From Macrostomum lignano (Eukaryota): a stretch of DNA of 64,000 bases. A program made the position numbers and the translations under genes. The DNA is taken from NCBI GenBank assembly GCA_002269645.1, contig NIVC01000392.1, positions 558,001-622,000 of the forward strand. Reading direction: 5' to 3'. The stretch's first letter is position 1. Every line of letters starts with the position of its first letter. The notes under the pieces are model-generated. The model had not been told where the DNA came from, made no database searches, and saw only the letters and a program-made list of their open reading frames with translations. Positions 44,401 to 59,400 of the stretch are shown here, piece by piece.

Positions 44401-47400
44401 CACTTAGATGACCACTTTGATGACCACTTAGATAACCACTTAGACAACCACTTAGATGACCACTTAGATGACATGTAAGAGCCGACAGCAATGACTTCAG
44501 GCGTTCACCTGTCCCGGATCCAGCTGCAGACCGCAGAAACTTCTCCTGCCGCTATCGCCTCGACCGCCAACCAGACAGACCCCGATGCGACCCTTGTAAC
44601 CAGCCGTCTGGGCAGCGCTGGTGTCCAGCTGCACCCTGTATTCAATCGTAGCCAGCTCCGGTCTGGTGGCCAACTCCAAGCAGCTCGAATCCTGCAAGTC
44701 GCCATCGCCATTGACGCTGAGCAGCTTAGAGCTGCTTCGATCGTCTGCCAGCGAAATGTCAACATTGTCTTTAGGCGCGTTGGTCGATTGGGTCAGCTGG
44801 ACTCGAGAGACCGACCAGCTGGACGCTTCAGTGGATGTCTCACTCAGGGGCAACAGTTGAAGGCGCAGCTTGTACAGCGGCCCTGTGCCGGCTAGGTTAA
44901 CCTGGTTTTCGGTAACAGATAGAATTTCACAAACTGTACAAGTTATGTTAGTACTAATGATGCTCGTGTTAACAGTGCTACTATAATGCAGCCGCGTCGC
45001 CACCGGGGAGGACAGGGGGGACAAGTGTCCCCCCCAGTAAAAGCTATGGGGGGATATGCCAATGCTTTGTCCCCCCACCACACCTTGTGGCCCGTTGTGG
45101 CAATCAATAATTTTTCTTTCGGGCGCCAAAATATAGCGCCTTTGGCGCCAAAAATAGTACCTGCGGCGCTAAAATGAGGCCTGCGGCGCTAAAATGAGTG
45201 TCTGTGACGCTAAAATGAGTGTCTGTGGCGCTAAAATGAGTGCCTGTGGCGCTAAAATGAGTGCCTGCGGCGCTAAAATGAGTGTCTGTGACGCTAAAAT
45301 GAGTGCCTGCGGCGCTAAAATGAGTGTCTGTGGCGCTAAAATGAGTGCCTGCGGCGCTAAAATGAGTGTCTGTGGCGCTAAAATGAGTGCCTGTGACGCT
45401 AAAATAAGTGCCTGTGGCGCTAAAATGAGTGTCTGTGGCGCTAAAATGAGTGCCTGTGGCGCTAAAATGAGTGCCTGCGGCGCTAAAATGAGTGTCTGTG
45501 ACGCTAAAATGAGTGCCTGCGGCGCTAAAATGAGTGTCTGTGGCGCTAAAATGAGTGCCTGCGGCGCTAAAATGAGTGTCTGTGGCGCTAAAATGAGTGC
45601 CTGTGACGCTAAAATAAGTGCCTGTGGCGCTAAAATGAGTGTCTGTGGCGCTAAAATGAGTGCCTGTGGCGCTAAAATGAGTGGCTGCGGTGCTAAAATG
45701 AGTGCCTGTGGCGCTAAAATGAGTGCCTGTGGCGCTAAAATGAGTGTCTGTGGCGCTAAAATGAGTGCCTGTGGCGCTAAAATGAGTGGCTGTGGTGCTA
45801 AAATGAGTGCCTGTGGCGCTAAAATGAGTGCCTGTGGCGCTAAAATGAGTGCCTGTGGCGCTAAAATGAGTGGCTGCGGCGCTAAAATGAGTGTCTGTGG
45901 CGCTAAAAAGAGTGTCTGTGGCGCTCAAAAGAGTGTCTGTGGCGCTAAAAAGAGTATCTGTGGCGCTAAAATGAGTGCTTGCGGCGCTAAAAAGAGTATC
46001 TGTGGCGCTAAAATGAGCGCCTGTGGCGCAAAAATGAGCGCTGACAAGACCGATTCTCAAAATAATGGACATGTAAGAATTTAGTCATGTACATGTTGAA
46101 TTCTTGGCTTTGTCCCCCACAAAAAATCCATGGTGATCGACGCCCCGAACATGATTGGAAGTATAATAATGCTACAAAACAGATATAGTTATTACTGGAA
46201 TACAAAAAATAGTGCAACTCATATCACTCATTATATACTACTCGTACTAGTCATTTATACTACGCATACTACTCATACTACTCACACTACTCATACTACT
46301 CACACTACTCATACTACTCACACTACTCATACTACTCACACTACTCATACTACTCACACTACTCATACTACTCACACTACTCATACTACTCACACTACTC
46401 ATACTACTCACACTACTCATACTACTCACACTACTCATACTACTCACACTACTCATACTACTCACACTACTCATACTACTCACACTACTCATACTACTCA
46501 CACTACTCATACTACTCACACTACTCATACTACTCACACTACTCATACTACTCACACTACTCATACTACTCACACTACTCATACTACTCACACTACTCAT
46601 ACTACTCACACTACTCATACTACTCACACTACTCATACTACTCACACTACTCATACTACTCACACTACTCATACTACTCACACTACTCATACTACTCACA
46701 CTACTCATACTACTCATACTACTCATACTACTCACACTACTCATACTACTCACACTACTCATACTACTCAAACTACTCATACTACTCACACTACGCATAC
46801 TACTCACACTACTCATACTACTCATACCTGAAACTCGTCCTGACTATCCGCAGCCAGGACTCCCTCGCCGGCAGAGGCCACAGCGATGGGGCCAACCATG
46901 CCGGAGTCGCCGTACGCAAACAGAGTCAACTTGCCGCCGGCGCAGGCCTGCACCGTGTCCAGCAGAAGTCGCCAACTGTCGTCCGATTCAATTTCGGCCG
47001 GCTGATCTGGCGCCGTCTCGGCCGCAGTCGTCGATGGCGCCTCGGCATCAGTAGCGGCGGCGCCAGCAGGAACTTCTTCATCGCGTCTAGCGCTGTTGGC
47101 TGCCTCAATTGCTGCGCTGGGGTCCAGGTTCTTGGACTGGCCGACTGTTGGGTTTCAGAATGATGTTTGGTAGAGGATGAAGCTAGGAATTCATCTGAAG
47201 GCTGCGTACGGCAGTTCAGTCCAAAGACTGGGGAGGGGGGTTGCCACGCACACCCTCAATTACCCCAGCTAATGCTGGCACCCATTTTACAGCTGGATGA
47301 ACTGAAGCAATGCAAAGTTAAGTGTCTTGCTCACGGACATGAATTGTTCCTAGTGGGTCGAGAATCGAACCCCCAACCTTTAAGCCGTGAGTCAGACGCT

Positions 47401-50400
47401 CTAAGCACTGGGCTACAACCCCAAACCCTTCCTTGACCTTGTGCAGTCACTGTTGTTAGTACTCGTATCCTAGGAAAAAAGATGTTTAAAAACAAAAAAG
47501 CAACAGCCCTGAAAGCCAGTTGTCTAGCCTAAGATATCAGCATCCCCTGTGAGCTGTGGCATCAAAGTCTCCCTTTAATCCATGGATTAACGCCACAACA
47601 GTTCCCTTTGATCGCTTTATACGAATAAACTACTCAAAAATGTTTTAAGTTTCCGAAATGGTTGTTTAAGACATCTAAACAGGTATTAAAAGCTTTAAAA
47701 CTAAGAAGGCTTATTCGTAAGTACCGAAACAGGTGCCTAAAGTAAGGAAACAGGTGTCTAAAGTACGGAAACAGGTGTCTAAAGTACGGAAACAGGTGTC
47801 TAAAGTACGGAAACAGGTGTCTAAAGTACCTAAACAGGTGTCTAAAATACTTAAACAGGTGTCTAAAGTACGGAAACAGGTGTCTAAAATACCTAAACAG
47901 GTGTCTAAAGTACGGAAACAGGTGTCTAAAGTACGGAAACAGGTGTCTAAAGTACGGAAACAGGTGTCTAAAGTACGGAAACAGGTGTCTAAAGTACGGA
48001 AACAGGGGTCTAAAGTACTGGAACAGGTGGATAAAGTACGGAAACAGGTGTCTAAAGTACGGAAACAGGGGTCTAAAGTACTGGAACAGGTGGATAAAGT
48101 ACGGAAACAGGGGTCTAAAGTACTGGAACAGGTGGATAAAGTACGGAAACAGGTGGCAGCACCAGCCTACTTACACTGAATAACCTCCGGCACAAGGCGC
48201 ACGCTGGGCTGTCCGTGGTCCTCAGTGGCGATCACCCGGCCATCTGCGGAGAATCCGATGAAGAGGCCCTTGGCGCCAAGGCATTCCAGCGTTACAAAGC
48301 CTTTGTCTTTGTATTTCTCCACTTTGAAGTAGCAGTGGATGTCTCCAGCTCCCTGGCGATGAGGGAAAGTGCGTCAACTCTCTGTAGTTACACTGTAGTT
48401 AGCAATTAGCAAATGATAACGAGGTGTGAAATTATCCGCGCCTTTGTACAATTTTGCTTTTGGAACCGGTTCACCGGTTCGGGAGCTTTCTGTTTACTGC
48501 CATCCCTCCTGCGATCTCTTTGATGTTCGCGGGAAAATCAGCTCGGAAATGTTTTTGTCGAGTTTAAGTTTTATTCCGTGATGAAAGAAACATGACGGGA
48601 TTAAAATTAGATCATCGACAGATGGATTAGTACTCGTAAACAGAATTGTGTATGAGATGGAATATGTAGGTTGAGTTGACAAGTCAGTGCGTACGCAGAT
48701 GAATACTTTTTACCTTATAGTAGATAAGTGTATTGCCAGGTAGACATTTAGGTAGGTTATTAGTAGGTAGAATATGCGGATATAAGCAGCTAGATGGACA
48801 GGTGGGTTCGTTAGTCGGTTAGTATTTGCTGGGTGGCTAGGTAGGTAGGTAGGTAGATAGGTAACTATATGTAGGTGCATAGGTATGTAGGTAGGTTAGG
48901 TAAGTAGGCATGTAGGTGGGGTAGGTAGGTAGGTAGGTAGGTAGGTAGGTAGGTAGGTAGGTAGGTAGGTAGGTAGGTAGGTAGGTAGGTAGGTAGGTAG
49001 GTAGGTAGGTAGGTAGGTAGGTAGGTAGGTAGGTAGGTAGGTAGGTAGGTAGGTAAGTAGGTAGGTAACTATATGTAGGTGGCTAGGTAGGTAGGTAGGT
49101 AGGTGGGCAGATAGGTAGGTAGGTATGTAGGTAAGTAGGTAAGTAGTTAGGTATGCAGGTGGGCTAGTAGGCAGGTGGGCAGGTCCAAACTCACCATGCA
49201 GTCGCACTTTCGGTCCTTGATACGCAGGAACTGCTCCGCGAACACCACTGATTCGAATTGACGCACGCCCTGCTCGCCTTCGACTTTGTGCACCCGAAAA
49301 TGCGCCATCCGATTTCGCTTGCCGGTCCCGTGCACGCCGTTGTCGTGATCGACGGCCAGCGTCTGCGTCAGCGACGTGCTGAACAGGATGACGCCGCGGT
49401 GCCGCAGCATGCCCTTGCAGTAGGGCACGAACAGTTTGCCGGGACCGGTTGAGGCGCCTTTCCACTGGCGCGGGTCCAACGGCTCGCCGTCCGCCCCGAT
49501 GTTGATCTGCTGCAGGCTGTGGCGCGCCGACTCCAGCACCACGGAGCGGTCCGGTTGGATGCGAATGCGAAACTCGCAGAGGGCGCCGCCTTTGCCCTGA
49601 GTGCAAATTTGGGTGCGGGGCTGACTGGATTGATCCTCAGTTGCTGGGCCACCAGCCTCCCAGATCCTCAGTTGCTGGGCCACCAGCCTCCCAGATCCTC
49701 AGTTGCTGGGCCACCAGCCTCCCAGTTCCTCAGTTGCAAAAGCCAGCCTCCAAGATTCTCAGTTGCTTGGCCAGCCTCCCTGATCCTCAGTTGCTGGGCC
49801 ACCAGCCTCCCAGATCCTCAGTTGCTGGGCCACCAGCCTCCCAGATCCTCAGTTGCTGGGCCACCAGCCTCCCAGATCCTCAGTTGCTGGGCCACCAGCC
49901 TCCCAGTTCCTCAGTTGCTAAAGCCAGCCTCCAAGATTCTCAGTTGCTAAGCCAGCCTCCCTGATCCTCAGTTGCTGGGCCAGCCTCCCAGATCCTCAGT
50001 TGCTGGGCCAGCCTCCCAGATCCTCAGTTGCTGGATCAGCCTCCCAGATCCTCAGTTGCTGGGCCACCAGCCTCCCAGATCCTCAGTTGCTGGGCCAGCC
50101 TCTTAAATCCTCAGTTGCTGTCACAACCTGCACCTTCTAAAATCTATTTTTAGAAGGCAAAAACCTTGTTTTCTCAGCAGAGACTGCTCATCCTGCAAAT
50201 CTATTGGATATCTGTGACACGTCCCTGACTTACTGATGAGCCGTAGTCTCCTGTTTTCTTTGCCTCGTGCAAACTATCAACTTTCTGCTTCAAAGGAAAA
50301 AGAGGCAAAACCCGAACTGCTTTCTGAACGAATGATAGGCTTTTCTGAAGCGCTGTCAGATAATTGCAGTTGCTACAGCGAGTGGCGCAGCTCCGCGTGC

Positions 50401-53400
50401 CTAATTTGCATCAATTCGTCATCATTACCGACTGGTCACGACTCAGTCAGCAACCCTTTTTCCACCCTCTAGTTTAAAGACTATAAATCAGTGTAATTAA
50501 GCGGGCCTCGGGCCGAAATTGCAAGACACTCGAAGCTTGGTGACTCAATGCAATGCTTTTTTGAGGCAGATTGGCGCATGAATTATACAAGTGGCTGAAA
50601 CACCTGCGACTATTGTGCCTTGTTAAAAGACACGCTAACAATCTGCGGTTCTGTCAGACTAATTGGCAAATAAACAAGCAAATTGCACGGCATTTTTACT
50701 GAAAAATTCGATCATCACAAGTGACGCTCATCGATTCGCTTAGTCCTCACCTGTCCCATAATAATGCCATTGTCGATAGCCAGGAAGCACTTTGGTGCAG
50801 CTGTACTCCTGAACAGTCTGAGGTCACCTTTTCGAGCTTGAACAGTGAAGTAAGCTGGAAAATTTTTAAGAAATTTTTCTATTAGTCATGCAGATGTACG
50901 TTCTTGATAACATTCCTCATGATCATTAGGTTTTCTGTCGAATCTACTCGTTAATTTCGATATAATTATGCCTAGCACAGGTGCGCCCTGGGATAAGAAG
51001 CGCCCTGATGATTGACACGTTATTTTACAATAATTGGCGAACGAATTTCTTCGAAATCATGCACGACATCAGCTCTTTCTGCCGCCTTATCTTAGCTTGA
51101 TCACACATCCTTCCCCATTGCAGCCATAGACACAGCTCTTTCTTCCGCCTTATCTCGGCTAGGCCACACACCCATCCCCATTGCAGTCATAGACGCAGCT
51201 CTTTCTGCCGCTTTATCTTGGCTAGATAACACACCCCTCCCCATTGCAGCCATAGACACAGCTCTTTCTGCCGCCTTATCTCGGCTAGGTCACACACCCC
51301 TCCCCATTGCAGCCATAGACACAGCTCTTTCTGCCGCCTTATCTCGGCTAGGTCACACACCCCTCCCCATTGCAGCCATAGACACAGCTCTTTCTGCCGC
51401 CTTATCTCGGCTAGGTCACACACCCTTCCCTATTGCAGCCATAGACACAGCTCTTTCTGCCGCCTTATCTCGGCTAGGTCACACACCCCTCCCCATTGCA
51501 GCCATAAACACAGCTCTTTCTTCCGCCTTATCTCAGCTAGGCCACACAGCCTTACGTTAAATTTCTTATTAAAATTTGTCGCCAAAAAGGGCCACTAAAA
51601 CGCACACATCGGGTCTCGATCGTCGGCCTTAGCGTCAACACTCGTGTCTGCCGTGTTAATCCTTAACGGTTTCTCCGTCACCTTGCTATACAACTGGATA
51701 ACATTGCCACCAGCAAAGGCCCAGCTCATGTAGTCCCATAGCTCGCGTTCAAGCAGGTCCTGCATGAAAGTGTCGTGCAGTTTTAATTCGCGAGCGATTC
51801 GGCCGTCGTCTTCACCTTCGTCAAGCCAGCTGAAATATCAATAGAATAATAAAGATGCTCAGTGGTGACTGAGTAGTAGTGTGGGTACGATTTTGCTCAC
51901 AGTGACATTATTTTGGGATTCGTAAACTTTGCAGTACCCATGAGAGCCTTGATTGAAAGTGCCTGACTGCGGTACTTTTTCGTTCGCGTGTGCGTGTGAC
52001 TAACCAGCTAACTGACTGTTCAACTTCGTTAAGTGATAGGAACTTTCTTCCTTCTAGCAATCAGAAAGGGTCTCCCGAAATCACGAAAAGTTGCATTTCC
52101 GATTCTAGACTTCCTTTTTTGTCGCTTTACTTCACAGGGTTTCCCGCAAAGAAGTGCTCTTACCGGTTGCACAAGAACGCGTGTCCCTCGCTGGGCGCTG
52201 ACAGTTCGTAGACAATCACCTTGTCCAGAAACCAGCCGTGACCGGGCCCGCTGCCATCGTGCCCAATCAGCAGTTTGCGCAACGGCCCGAGACTCACGGA
52301 CTCCAGCTCGAATACGTCGATCTGCGAGTGTTTTTTTAGATGCAAATGACATATCCTTTAGTACTGGACGGAGCGAACGAGAGTTCGAAAATTTGAACTT
52401 GACTGGGAAATGAGACGAATACAGTGAGAAAGGAAATAAAACACAGTGACGGAAATGAGAAATGAAGAAATGAGAAATGGAAATGAAGCACCAGTGATGA
52501 AAATGAGGAACATACATGTAGGGAGGGAAATGAAGCACCAGTGATGGAAATGAGGAATATAGGGAAGAAAATGAAGAACAAAGTGATGGAAATAAGGAAT
52601 ATAGGCAGGGAAATGAATGTAGGGAGGGAAACGAAGCACCAGTGATGGAAATGAGGAACATAGGGGGGGGGAAACGAAGCACCAGTGATGGAAATGAGGA
52701 ACATAGGGGGGGGGGAAATGAAGCACCAGTGATGGAAATGAGGAATATAGGAAGGGAAATGAGAAATAGGGCCAGAAACGAGGACTATGGGGAGGAAACG
52801 AAGCATGGTGATGGAAATGAGGAATATTGGGAGCTGATGAAAACTAAGCATGGGAAATTATGAGAGGATGAAAGGGAATGGAGAATGAATAAGAAAGTGA
52901 AAAACTAAAACCGCTAGCAGATCAAAAGCAAGGTGCAGACAAGAAGATGCATTCAGAACGTGAGCAACCTTACCTGACCCTTCTGAAATGGCGTCTCTCC
53001 GGTCTCATTGACATCTCCATCAGTGGTCCGTAAGCCGTTGCTCACAGGCCTAGTCAGCATCCGCTTGCCAGTGTCCCCGTGCTGGCCAAACAGCTGCACG
53101 TAAACTGCAGCCTCAGTTCCGGCATTGTAGCAGTCGCCAGTGTGAACCTCGACGCGGTACCGCTCCACTGAAGAGATGAAGCTACGCGTACTATAGAAGA
53201 GGCTGGATACCCCAGCTCCCCCATACGGCAAGGACTTTTTGCAGATATGTAATGACAGAGAATACGAGGTTCTCTGAGCTCTGAACTCTCGGCATTAGGG
53301 AATACAATCTCGGAATCCCGGATCGCACTCGCAAATCCTGATCCCGCTTTGCAATAATTCAATCATTCATTCTCGAATAGTAGTATCTGCAACTGAGCTA

Positions 53401-56400
53401 CTTGTCAGGTGAAATCATAACCCAGCTGTCCTGCTTTGATTTATTAATCTTTTAAGCATGGAAGCTAGTGAGTAGAAGGCTATAGGGCTGCAGGGATACG
53501 AAACAGAAGCTGTTAGCAGATCGTAAATAGATTTAAGGTGTAATAATGTAGAACTACTGAAGCAGTCCCTACCTTCAAAAGTCCTTGGCCGTAGTTGGGA
53601 TTAGAAAATTGGGATCTTGTTATCGGACCACAGCCCAAGCTACCCATTCTCCATCTAGGGCGGGTGATGTCTGATCCCCTTCTAACTGGTATCAGTACCT
53701 CGGACAATAGCCCCGTAAGCTGTCATTCCCCAGGTTACATCACAATCAAGTGTGATTTTCCAATTTTGATGGATTTTTGATACTGGCATGTAAAACAGCA
53801 CGTCCATTACGTCAGGCGGTACATCACACTCCAATTCAAAGCTCACTGTCAGTTTCATGTTTGCAAAATATTTTATTCTGTTCTACGTATTATCATTAAA
53901 AGCCATTTTTGAGACGCGCTAATAGAGCTCATCAAGGCGCTGGTCAGACACAAAGAAAACACGATTGCATTACACACTTCGCTTCGCTTCTTATATGTCT
54001 TTGTAGTAGTTTCAATGATACAAAGGTAGCGAAACATCTTAGGTGAAAAAGTACAAGTGCAAAGATACTTGAAGAGATAGTTAAGAGCTGTAACGATAAA
54101 TGAGCTACATCAATCAAGGTCACGTGGTCACACTAGGGGCAGGACATTTCTCGGGCAGAGAAGAAATGATGATGAGCACATGGGAAATCCCTCATTAACC
54201 CTAGGAGCCACCAATCAAGACACTTTCGCTTCGTGCAGGAGCAGAATTAAAAAATGAGAGCTCGAAGCTCACGTATTCAGCTTGGAAAGAAATTTTGAGA
54301 CTAATTTTTTTTCTTTCAACTTCATTTTCCAGTCCTCTTGCTAATTGACTTGATTCTGAAATCCTGCTTTGATTCGGCTGATTGGATGCTAGAAGCAAAT
54401 TATTTTCGATGACTAATTGAGAAACTCAGAGATATGGGCGAGAGCATAACCTGACAACCAGATGAATACAAGCAGTACACGGGCTTTAAAATGGGTGCCA
54501 GCATTAGCTGGGGTAATTGAGGGTGTGTGGCGACCCCCCAGTCCTTGGACTGAACAGCCGTACGCAGCCTTCAGATGCGCCGCGCAATAGCTGCGGCTGA
54601 GCTGTCGATTGCACATCTGCCCTTAGGACAGGTGCAATCAATTTTTATTATTGAGGATGGTGACAATGAGAAGCCTAAAGCTATGCTAAAAGGCAAACTT
54701 TCACTGTAATTCTCAATATAAAAAAACACCAGCTTACGAGGCAGGGCAGCCTTTCCATCTCTGACGGCGGGCAGCTCTCTCGCGATTTCACCGTCGTCTC
54801 GATCGGTGGCCAGCCAACGGTTGAAATCGAAGACCAGCGTTTCATCCGGGCTGGCGCCAACCGAGGTCATGACGAGTTGGCCCACGTGCCAGCCTGGCGA
54901 TGCGCCGCTGTTGTCGTGCGACAGACGCACTTTGGTCACCTGGCCTATCGACCCGGTGTTGATCTTGACGAATTGTGGTGGGTATGTGTGCGAAATTTAT
55001 TAGGTTAGGTATAAGCAATGATTTGCAATGATTGGCAATGATTAGCAATGATTTGAAATGATTAGCAATGATTAGCAGTGATTAGCAATGACTGGAAATG
55101 ATTTTCAATGATTGGCAATGATTAGCAATGATTAGCAATGATTATAAATGACTGGAAATGATTTTCAATGATTGGCAATGATTAGCAATGATTTGCAATG
55201 ATTGGCAATGATTAGCAATGACTGGAAATGATTTTCAATGATTGGCAATGATTAGCAATGATTAGCAATGATTAGCAATGATTAGCAATGATTAGCAACG
55301 ATTAGCAATGATTAGCAATGATTAGCAATGATTAGCAATGATTAGCAATGATTGGCAATGATTAGCAATGATTAGCAATGATTAGCAATGATTAGCAACG
55401 ATTAGCAATGATTAGCAATGATTAGCAATGATTGGCAATGATTGGCAATGATTAGCAATGATTAGCAATGATTAGCAATGATTAGCAATGATTGGCAATG
55501 ATTGGCAATGATTAGCAATGATTAGCAATGATTAGCAATGATTAGCAACGATTAGCAATGATTAGCAATGATTAGCAATGATTAGCAATGATTAGAAATG
55601 ATCAGCAAACAAACCAGAAACAGAGACAATATATGTGGTCAAATTATTAACTACAATTATGTAAGAAATTCTCGTCATGCTCACCTCGAATTCGTCCTCC
55701 TGTCCGGCTTGAAACGGGTTAACCGGCCCGTCCGGCTTCAACGGCATGGCGAGCGGAATCGGGTCCGACTGGCCCTCGCGGCCATAGACGGTGAGGAAGA
55801 CGCGGCTGCTGGTGCCGTTGGCGGCGTCTCCCGTAGGAGTAGAAATTTTTATGCGCCAAATTCCTTCTGAAATAAACATAAATCGGAGTTTTACCTAATG
55901 TGGTCTGAATGCACCTGTGACCACGTGACAATTAGTAACGTATTAGGTACTTTATCACAGCTTGAAGAATTTTCTTATATTTCTACTGTAAGTAGTCTAG
56001 TGGATAAAAGCCAGTTATTAAATATTTTATAATTGTCACTTTCCGATAATTCTAACTGTTGGTAAAGTAGGATGTCAAGGCTTACGGATCAAGGCTGAGA
56101 GATCAAAACTACGTGTCGTTTATTCTAAATTTTTTATTACATATTTTTTGTCCCCCCAACGGGGGGCGCTGATTGCTAGTCCTATATACTAAAATAATAA
56201 ACTAAATAGATAAGTGTTAGCTTGATTTTCCATATAGATCTACGCAATGAATATTTTATATTTTAACAATTTCCATATAAAGGCCAGCAATAAAAAGGCA
56301 TAAGCCTACTCGGTTTTGCCGGAGCATTGGTCAACCGCTGCTCTTTGGCACGCCGGCCGATCGGTGGCAATTTCCGGCGACCGAGTTCGCCGCCTCCAGC

Positions 56401-59400
56401 TGCCACCTGGTGCTGCTGGTGCACCGGGCCGGCCCAGGCGAACAATGGCTTGAACTTTTCTTGGCCGGCAACAACGTAGCTCTCGGGTCCGCTGTACATA
56501 GCTGAGAGAGACTCCACCTTTGTTTTGTTATATTGGGTGGGAAATTTCTTGTGTATTATATACTTCGAGTTTGTGTACATTAGAAAGTGCTGAAGAAAGC
56601 ATTGAGTGCTGGGAAACCCAGTTTGTATTTGTCGCGAATTGTTTAGTCATTTCTTCAGTTCATCTGCACTTGTCTCTGTTTACTCTGCTTTCTCTCCCTC
56701 TCTGTCTAGTTCAATTTTGTTATTATTCTCTCTCTCCCACGCTGCCTTCTGATTGGCTCCTCAATCTCGCCTGTTTCCTTAGTCGCGCACTCGACCCCTC
56801 CTTTTATTATCTGGACTCAACCTCCCTAAGTTAATGTTTAATAAGCCCTGCGCCTCACTTACTTCTTAGTGTTCAATTTAACTCTTAAGTCTTAATTAAA
56901 ATAGTTTATTTACGGTCGTAATATTCTCATTACAGTATTCATTCTATAAGTAAGTCAAGTAAGGCCCTGCCCCTAACTTTATTTATCGTTAGGCATGTAC
57001 ACCTCAATGGCCATTGATTGCACGAGCAGAGCCAAGCCGAGATTACAATTTAGCCCCGAATTAATGTGACTGCACTTGGAATCGAGCCTGGGCCGCTGGC
57101 ACATCAGACCATTGGCTACGGCCCCCTTAGTAACAGCCAGTTCACCAAGGATTGGTGATTACTGAGATACTGAGTAAAGTCCAGACTGTTCTGCTACCGA
57201 GGTATATTGAGAATCACTTTAGATCTTCAGTTCGGAGGTGCCCAAGCTACATGTGTGCAGTTCTGACTTCACACATTAACTTTCACTTGTCAAATAAGTT
57301 TCATTGCAACACGCAGTCGCCATAATTCACATTTTTAATATCTTTCGTGCACTCTCACAGCCCCGCAGGACTTTGAAACTGGTCGCTAGATTTTTTGTAC
57401 TTTTAACCCCGGTTAAATTGTCTTTCTCAATTCTTTGCGTTTTTCGCCGCTCACATGGACGTAACCATGGCAACAGCAAGGGCGACGCTTCTCTACGAAT
57501 TATGCTATTTCTCTTCAGGCCTGTGCTCGAATCAATTATTAAAGCTTTGAGCGCCCGGTGCTGTTATCAGCTTTTGCAGCAAAATTAACCGAATTTTTTC
57601 TCTGAACTGCCGCACATTGGCTACCGAGAGCTGCGGGTGGACTGATAAAGTCGATAAGGATAAATTAACTGAGCATGTCCAATGCCATGAGACAAATATT
57701 CTCAGCAAGTACGAACTCAGCAAAATGCATGTTTGATGTTGACCTATGTTTCCAAGTTATCGATGTCTGAATCAGTTACAAGTCTGACAAGTACAGAGAA
57801 GGCGTTATCATGTTTGGAGTGTGCCCAAAATCCAATTAACTGGTTTGATTGCGTCTGGCGCTCTGGCCTTCTTGCCCTGACACTCCACCGCCTCCCCTGA
57901 CACTCCACTGCATCCCCTGACACTCCACCGCCTCCCCTGACACTCCACTACCTCCCCTGACACTCCACTACCTCCCCTGACACTCCACTGCCTCCCCAGA
58001 CACTCCACTGCCTCCCCTGACACTCCACTACCTCCCCTGACACTCCATTGCCTCCCCTGACACTCCACTGCATCCCCTGACACTCCACTACCTCCCCTGA
58101 CACTTCACTGCCTCCCTTGACACTCCACTGCCTCCCTTGACACTCCACTACCTCCCCTGACACTCCACTACCTCCCCTGACACTCCACTGCCTCCCCAGA
58201 CACTCCACTGCCTCCCCTGACACTCCACTACCTCCCCTGACACTCCATTGCCTCCCCTGACACTCCACTGCCTCCCCTGACACTCCACTGCCTCCCCTGA
58301 CACTCCACCGCCTCCCCTGACACTCCACTGCATCCCCTGACACTCCACCGCCTACCCTGACACTCCACTGCCTCCCCTGACACTCCACTGCCTCCGCTGA
58401 CACTCCACCGCCTTCCCTGACACTCCACCGCCTCCCCTGACACTCCACTGCCTCCCCTGACACTCCACTGCCTCCCCTGACACTCCACCGCCTCCCCTGA
58501 CACTCCACTGCCTCCGCTGACACTCCACTGCCTCCGCTGACACTCCACTGCCTCCGCTGACACTCCACTGCCTCCGCTGACACTCCACTGCCTCCGCTGA
58601 CACTCCACTGCCTCCCCTGACACTCCACTGCCTCCGCTGACACTCCACTGCCTCCGCTGACACTCCACTGCCTCCCCTGACACTCCACTGCATCCCCTGA
58701 CACTCCACTGCCTCCCCTGACACTCCACTGCCTCCCCTGACACTCCACTGCCTCCGCTGACACTCCACTGCCTCCGCTGACACTCCACAGCCTCCCCTGA
58801 CACTCCACTGCCTCCGCTGACACTCCACTGCCTCCGCTGACACTCCACTGCCTCCCCTGACACTCCACTGCATCCCCTGACACTCCACAGGCACCCTTGA
58901 CACTATTTTTTGACAGCTAGAGCTCTGCATGAAACCAAAGACTTTTCAAGTACTTTTACGGCGAAGACAGAGTGATGCACCGTACAATGTTTGCTTTTGT
59001 TTAAAGCTTGAAACGTGAAATACTGCAAGAGAAACCAATAAAATTGCTATAGGAGCAAAAGATAGAATAATAAAAACTTTAAACTTCGAGAAAACTACTA
59101 TATCGATTATTACAAGCAGTAGAAATTAAAAAAAGTATAAAATGTTTCATTAATTTAAACAAAAATAGTACTGTGATGAAATCTGGACCAACTTAGCCAT
59201 GATCGATCCAATGCTCTTGGAAAAATAGAAGAACAACATGAGTGGCTTTGCTTAGACTTAGTTTTTAAAAAAATGTTTCAGATCTGCCCCAAAAAGGGCC
59301 GTTTTACTTACCAGCTGACCTTCAATCGTGTAGATTCTACGAACTTGCATTCGAAATATTGCGGACAGATCATCTAAAACCTGTTCGAAACTTTGAACCA

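Noticed and set aside
47350-47421. Possible tRNA gene
   Set aside because: The tRNA-like part continues into a CORE-like body repeated at 54488, so it is a SINE head
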